Positions 27,629-32,000 of a stretch of 32,000 nt of DNA are shown here, one piece after another (position 1 is the stretch's first letter; the number at the start of each line of letters is the position of its first letter). The translations under genes were made by a program, and so were the position numbers. Location: contig NZ_PGGB02000014.1 in the NCBI RefSeq assembly GCF_002803295.2, positions 2,551 to 34,550 of the forward strand, written 5' to 3'. Under the pieces are notes generated by a model. The model made no database searches. It worked only from the letters and a program-made list of their open reading frames with translations, and was not told the DNA's origin. Source of the DNA: Caedibacter taeniospiralis (lineage in GTDB: Bacteria > Pseudomonadota > Gammaproteobacteria > Francisellales > Francisellaceae).

Positions 27629-29162
27629 CCATATCCTTAGGTAATGCTTTTTTCATATGCACTCCCATATCTTCCAACTGTATAGCCTGCGAAATTAAAT
27701 TGCCTCGACCCTTGGTCAATTTATTCAACGCATCAGCATAAGTTTCTTTTGACTTATCTATTTGCCTGCCCAGCGCCTCAATATCCTCCACAAATCCTCG
27801 GAACTTATCGAGCATTTTAGTGGCACGCTCTGTAATATCGCTGGCATTTTTATTTAAACTTTCATATTTCCAGGTATTGCGAATCGTGCCTAAAGTTGCC
27901 AAAAGAGTCGTTGGCGTAACGATGATAATGCGCTTTTTAAATGCCTCGTGAAATAGGCTATCATCGTGCTGGAATGCCACGACAAACGCTGCCTCAATCG
28001 GCATAAACATTAAAATAAAATCAAGAGAGTTGATCGCGGATAAGCGCTCATAATTTTTAGAAGAAAGCAGTGTAATGTGCTGGCGAATGGCGTCAATATG
28101 CTTTTTTAAACACTCAAGTTTTAGGGTCTCCGTCTCTGCACGCGTGTAAGCATCATAGCTCACCAGGGAAACTTTGGCGTCAATGATGACATCTTTGCCA
28201 TCGGGTAAGTGTACAATGGCATCAGGTCTTAAGGTCTTCTCGTTATCGTCATCGTCACTTCCTTTAAAGCTGTTTTGCACCTCATACTCATAACCTTTAC
28301 GTAAACCTGAAGACTCCAAAACGCGCTCAAGCACCACCTCTCCCCAATCGCCTTGGAGCTTTTTATCACCTTTGAGCGCTTTGGTGAGATTTTTAGCCTC
28401 TTTATTCATCTCCTGATTAAGCTCAAATAATTTATTTACCTCTTTCTGCAAAGAAGCTCTTTCTTTAGCCTCATGCACGTAGACATCATCGACTTTTTTC
28501 TTGAATTCATGGATGTCATTTTTAAACGGCTGCAGAATTTCTGCCAAATTTACTTTGTTCTGGTTGGCAAATCTCTCACCCTTTTCTTCAAAGATACGAT
28601 TGGCGAGATTCTCAAACTGTTCGGTTAAGCTTTTTTTCGCATTTTCAAGTAAGGCAATTTTTTCCTGTGAGTTGTACAGCTCAGTTTCAATTTGTTTGCT
28701 CAAGCTTGAGTTTTCAGCCTGTAGCTGAGATTTTTCCTCCATTAAAGTATCGATTTTTCTGAGCATTTCATCCTGCTTTTTACTCGCATTCTGAAGCTCC
28801 ATTTCCAAGCGTGTAACCTCCTTCTCCAGCGCTTGGAACCTCGCAGCATCACTTGCAAGCTTATTTTGCAGCTTTGATAGTTCATCATTACGAATTTCAA
28901 GCTTTTGCTTCACCATGCTAAGCTCTTGGGTTAAACGCTGTTCCTGCTCCTGGTAATGCTTATGATCTGTTGTTAGCACAATATTTTCTTGTTGCTTTTG
29001 CCACAACTGTGCTTCTTTATCCTGGTAGGATAGCTCAAGCTCTGTTAAAGATTTCTCTGTGGTTTTCAGCTTTGTTTGTAATGCGTTTCTTCCTGGTCTG
29101 GTCATCAGGAAACCAATCACCATTCCCATAGCAAATGCTACTATAGCAAGTCCAGTAATCAT
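27588..29162 (-). CDS. rmuC: DNA recombination protein RmuC
   Basis: N-terminal TM, long coiled coil, GDWGEVVLERVLESSGLRKGYEY, RPDAIVHLPDGKDVIIDAKVSLVSY and FILMFMPIEAAF motifs. Confidence 0.95.
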   Translation of the reverse strand: MITGLAIVAFAMGMVIGFLMTRPGRNALQTKLKTTEKSLTELELSYQDKEAQLWQKQQENIVLTTDHKHYQEQEQRLTQELSMVKQKLEIRNDELSKLQNKLASDAARFQALEKEVTRLEMELQNASKKQDEMLRKIDTLMEEKSQLQAENSSLSKQIETELYNSQEKIALLENAKKSLTEQFENLANRIFEEKGERFANQNKVNLAEILQPFKNDIHEFKKKVDDVYVHEAKERASLQKEVNKLFELNQEMNKEAKNLTKALKGDKKLQGDWGEVVLERVLESSGLRKGYEYEVQNSFKGSDDDDNEKTLRPDAIVHLPDGKDVIIDAKVSLVSYDAYTRAETETLKLECLKKHIDAIRQHITLLSSKNYERLSAINSLDFILMFMPIEAAFVVAFQHDDSLFHEAFKKRIIIVTPTTLLATLGTIRNTWKYESLNKNASDITERATKMLDKFRGFVEDIEALGRQIDKSKETYADALNKLTKGRGNLISQAIQLEDMGVHMKKALPKDMVEHAELERTKGED

Positions 29163-29286
29163 CGTTTTTCCTTTTTACTACCTTGCTTGTCATCATGCCA
29201 TAAAAATAGCTGTATCGCTTGTAAATCATCATAAGAATGCACCTGAATGCAGGTAAACAACTTAACCTTACTGGAGTTACACACCT

Positions 29287-30486
29287 TTATATGTCAAACA
29301 AACGTTTGGATTCTGAAAAAGAGCGCATCACGCAATCCTCAATGGCAAGTCGCGTGAAATAATTCCCAGTCAGTCCAAGTGTTGTATCTTTGCTAAGTAG
29401 TTGATCAAGCACGTCAAGAAACCGTTGATGTTTTGCTTGATAACATGGCAGGGTATTGTACTTGGAATGTACATCGATCACTGCACTTTTGGGGATATTA
29501 AGCTTAGATAAAAATTCATCGATTAGCTTCGTGTGCGACTCCTTATGGTCTTTGAAATGGATAGTCATGCCACGAAATTTTTCATGCGGAACCACATCAC
29601 GCGTGACCATTGAGAAAAAGTTTTGCTCTATGCCGATTAACCCACTTAATGACCTTATGTGATTGAGTTTGTCCTTATCAAGGATTAAAGCGGTAGTAGT
29701 AAGTTTGGAGATGCCAGGTTGATGTGCAATGCTTGCAATAGGGTGATTAATCTGAGTTAAAAGTTTTTGTGTGATATGCCATGGTGTCGCAAGAATGAGC
29801 TTATCGCTTTTAATCACTTCACTGCGGGTTTTGATCAGCCAGCTGTTATTTTGCCTGTCAATGTGGTGGACTTCAGAATTCAAGTTAATATCAATATCCA
29901 GGTTAGAAAAATCTTTAAATAAACTCGACATTCCCCCTTTAAAAGTGAAACTGCGTGGCAGCTTTTTATTCTTGACTCGCGGCTTAAAAAGAAAATCCGC
30001 AGGAAAGTTCTGGCTGTCCTGGCACAGCACTGCGTCAAAGCAATAGCGTAAAGTCTTGTGATAATTATTGTGCCCAAATACAAAACTAAAATATTCCGCG
30101 ACGGTACGTTCTTTGGCTTTACTAAATTTAAAGAGTGGCAAGCCAATGCCTGCACGAACAGGATTTAGTGAGCCAAGCACGCTAGCAACGATATCTTGAC
30201 GGGTTAAGAGTTTAAAGGGATGTGTCTTGCGTGTTTGCAGCTGAGATAAAAGTGCATTATCCTGGCAAAATTGAATGAGCGTGGCGTAAGAGTTGTAAAT
30301 CGTATGCGCCCCTAATTCCAGCCAAAAATCTCCCGTTTTGGGGCTTTGGCAGGTTTCAATGCAACCCCCTAATTTATCGCACTTCTCAAGAATAATGCTC
30401 TTATACCCTCGTTGCGCTGCAAAGTGTGCAAAACTGCTTCCAGAAATGCCTCCACCAATAATTGCGATGGGGTAGTGTTTTGTCAT
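29287..30486 (-). CDS. FAD-dependent oxidoreductase / amine oxidase-like (protoporphyrinogen-oxidase-like fold)
   Basis: YPIAIIGGGISGSSFAHFAAQRGYKSIILEKCDKLGGCIET Rossmann motif and a C-terminal GLTGNYF FAD motif. Confidence 0.8.
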   Translation of the reverse strand: MTKHYPIAIIGGGISGSSFAHFAAQRGYKSIILEKCDKLGGCIETCQSPKTGDFWLELGAHTIYNSYATLIQFCQDNALLSQLQTRKTHPFKLLTRQDIVASVLGSLNPVRAGIGLPLFKFSKAKERTVAEYFSFVFGHNNYHKTLRYCFDAVLCQDSQNFPADFLFKPRVKNKKLPRSFTFKGGMSSLFKDFSNLDIDINLNSEVHHIDRQNNSWLIKTRSEVIKSDKLILATPWHITQKLLTQINHPIASIAHQPGISKLTTTALILDKDKLNHIRSLSGLIGIEQNFFSMVTRDVVPHEKFRGMTIHFKDHKESHTKLIDEFLSKLNIPKSAVIDVHSKYNTLPCYQAKHQRFLDVLDQLLSKDTTLGLTGNYFTRLAIEDCVMRSFSESKRLFDI

Positions 30487-30565
30487 AATTCCTCCAGTAG
30501 GGATTATTTCAATACCAGAAAATCTGGATTGGAGGTATTTTCAATTGCCTGATATCGGTAAGCCA

Positions 30566-30928
30566 TTATTTTTCTTCTGTATGTGAAGCATAATCTTTTG
30601 GCGTTTGTGGGGCAGAACCCAGATGCTGGATGTGTTCTTTATTGCGATAAGCCTTGGGTTGCAACAGAGATTGTCTTGATTGGTCGAGATTAAGTTTTAC
30701 GCTGTATTCTTGAGAATGTTTCTGCAATTCAGCAAATTGCTGATAAATACTCTCCATGATTTCATGGGTTTTACACACATGCTCATTAACGGTATTTTGG
30801 TAATGCGTCAGTAATTTTTTAGTCTCATCCAGCTCATTTGCAATGTTTCTATTGCTTTTGCGTGCGCTTAAACCGATGGCAAGACCGATCACAAAGGCGG
30901 TGATAACACCAAGTATTAAAATAACCAT
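30566..30928 (-). CDS. YhcB/ZapG (DUF1043)-like membrane protein
   Basis: Starting at the internal ATG (30928) after AGGAGATGTA: MVILILGVITAFVIGLAIGLSARKSNRNIANELDETKKLLTHYQNTVNEHVCKTHEIMESIYQQFAELQKH. Confidence 0.75.
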   Translation of the reverse strand: MVILILGVITAFVIGLAIGLSARKSNRNIANELDETKKLLTHYQNTVNEHVCKTHEIMESIYQQFAELQKHSQEYSVKLNLDQSRQSLLQPKAYRNKEHIQHLGSAPQTPKDYASHTEEK

Positions 30929-30936
30929 TACATCTC

Positions 30937-31130
30937 CTATGGTTGGTAAACAGGGGCTGCGGCACAACAGGCAAGACCTTCTTTTCTGCAGATAATCCCA
31001 AGCTTTCAGTCGTTGTGACCTTGATATTAACTTGATTTAGCTCAAGCTGCAACAGCGTTGCCATGCGTTGGCGCATTTCTCTTATGTCAAAGGTTAAATT
31101 ATCACAACTCAATCTGGGGTTACACCAGAT
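30937..31130 (-). pseudogene. ispF: 5'-truncated, frameshifted ispF relic (MEP pathway enzyme C-terminus)
   Basis: REMRQRMATLLQLELNQVNIKVTTTESLGL (IspF-like ...VNVKATTTExLG) then, in another frame, CRKEGLACCAAAPVYQP* (IspF-like GRxEGIAxxAVALL). The left part lacks any recognisable IspF core. Confidence 0.6.
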
Positions 31131-31201
31131 GTTGCTAAACAGCATAAGCTCCAATCTGCCCGTTGATGCTCCTAAATTCCGATAAAAATTCAGATGACAA
31201 T

Positions 31202-31309
31202 ATGGCTAAAATAGCTATAATTCCTGACCTTAACCAAAGATTACCTCAACAGATTTCAGCCAAGATTAATCAAAAAAAGCTAAAGTCGGGTTTAATTGTA
31301 AAGAAGTAA
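31202..31309 (+). other. 35-codon ORF abutting the MFS start codon
   Basis: MAKIAIIPDLNQRLPQQISAKINQKKLKSGLIVKK*; its TAA directly precedes the ATG at 31310. Confidence 0.3.
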
Positions 31310-32000
31310 ATGATGCAATCAGATAACAGCCGCCTACTGATCAGTATTTTAATGCTCACGATCATCATTGATGTCATGGGAGTAGGTCTGGTTTTCCCAG
31401 TGATCCCAGAAATCATGATGTCAAAACAAAGTCCATTTTTTGACATAAATACACCTGAGTCACTGCGTAATTTTTATTATGGACTGTCGATGGCAGTATG
31501 GCCCTTGGGCATCTTCATCGGTAGCGCAATCATTGGGAGGCTATCCGATAAATATGGGCGGAAGCTTATGATTATCGCTTCTTTAGCAGGAACCATCCTG
31601 GCTTATTTACTGTCGGTGAGTTCATTTGCATTGGAATCACTGACTGTTTTTATGCTAAGTCGCTTTATCTGTGGTTTTTTTGGTGGCAGTTTTAGTATTG
31701 CGCAAGCCGTCATGCTAGATATTTCTGATGAAAAAAGTCGGCTTAAAAACCTGAGTTTAATCACACTTTCCGCCTCTATTGGTTTTGTTTTTGGACCTGT
31801 AATCACCACCATCGTCGGTCTACTGTCACAAACAACCTATCAGGCAATCAGTTTGCCATTTTGGTTTGGTGCGGGATTTTCAGTGATTAATCTATTAAGC
31901 GTTTGCTTCTTCTTGCCTGAAACCTATACCAAACGCATTAAAGATCAAAAGCTTAAACTGATCAATCTCATCTTTAGCTTCCGAGTGATGTTTGTTGACA
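31310..32000 (+). CDS. MFS transporter, truncated at window end
   Basis: MMQSDNSRLLISILMLTIIIDVMGVGLVFPVIPEIM...GRLSDKYGRKLMIIASLAGTIL...SRFICGFFGGSFSIAQAVMLDISDEKSR; frame open to base 32000. Absent from the supplied track. Confidence 0.9.
   Translation, partial: MMQSDNSRLLISILMLTIIIDVMGVGLVFPVIPEIMMSKQSPFFDINTPESLRNFYYGLSMAVWPLGIFIGSAIIGRLSDKYGRKLMIIASLAGTILAYLLSVSSFALESLTVFMLSRFICGFFGGSFSIAQAVMLDISDEKSRLKNLSLITLSASIGFVFGPVITTIVGLLSQTTYQAISLPFWFGAGFSVINLLSVCFFLPETYTKRIKDQKLKLINLIFSFRVMFVD

Noticed and set aside
28501-28728. 75 aa plus-strand ORF and similar antisense ORFs in rmuC and the FAD oxidoreductase (29456-30155)
   Set aside because: Antisense shadows of well-supported coding genes with no own motifs.
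1-32000. CRISPR array or complete multi-gene defence island
   Set aside because: No regularly spaced direct repeats were seen and no cas or recognisable multi-gene defence operon is present. The only accessory-looking parts are the Rhs locus and the AAA/PD-(D/E)XK gene.

Overview
The window looks like a gammaproteobacterial chromosome segment. At the left edge is the 3' end of an Rhs/YD-repeat gene with a variable C-terminal tip. It is followed by three short genes, two of which resemble immunity proteins, and by a decayed stretch with two MITE-like inverted-repeat elements and gene relics. An AAA-ATPase/PD-(D/E)XK protein and a FlaA1/CapD-type sugar dehydratase come next. The rest is mostly housekeeping: rdgB, ybeD-lipB, a POT/MFS-like transporter, an APC permease, thrS-infC-rpmI-rplT, csrA, tRNA-Ser(GCU), spoT, a UDP-glucose dehydrogenase, a cysteine-poor dksA, cydA, nusB, rsmG, purE, rmuC, an FAD oxidoreductase, zapG/yhcB-like and the start of an MFS gene. 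The best leads are: (1) the Rhs tip with its stack of small immunity-like genes, one of them missed by the ORF track; (2) an apparent GDPD-CinA single-polypeptide fusion; (3) an apparent internally collapsed cydB behind an intact cydA; (4) an ispF C-terminal relic with a frameshift; (5) two size variants of a TIR-bounded element next to gene relics; (6) an AUU start for infC, which extends the supplied ORF; and (7) a DksA that keeps only one of four zinc-ligand cysteines. I found no CRISPR array and no clear new multi-gene defence system. Family names come from motif recognition, not database searches.
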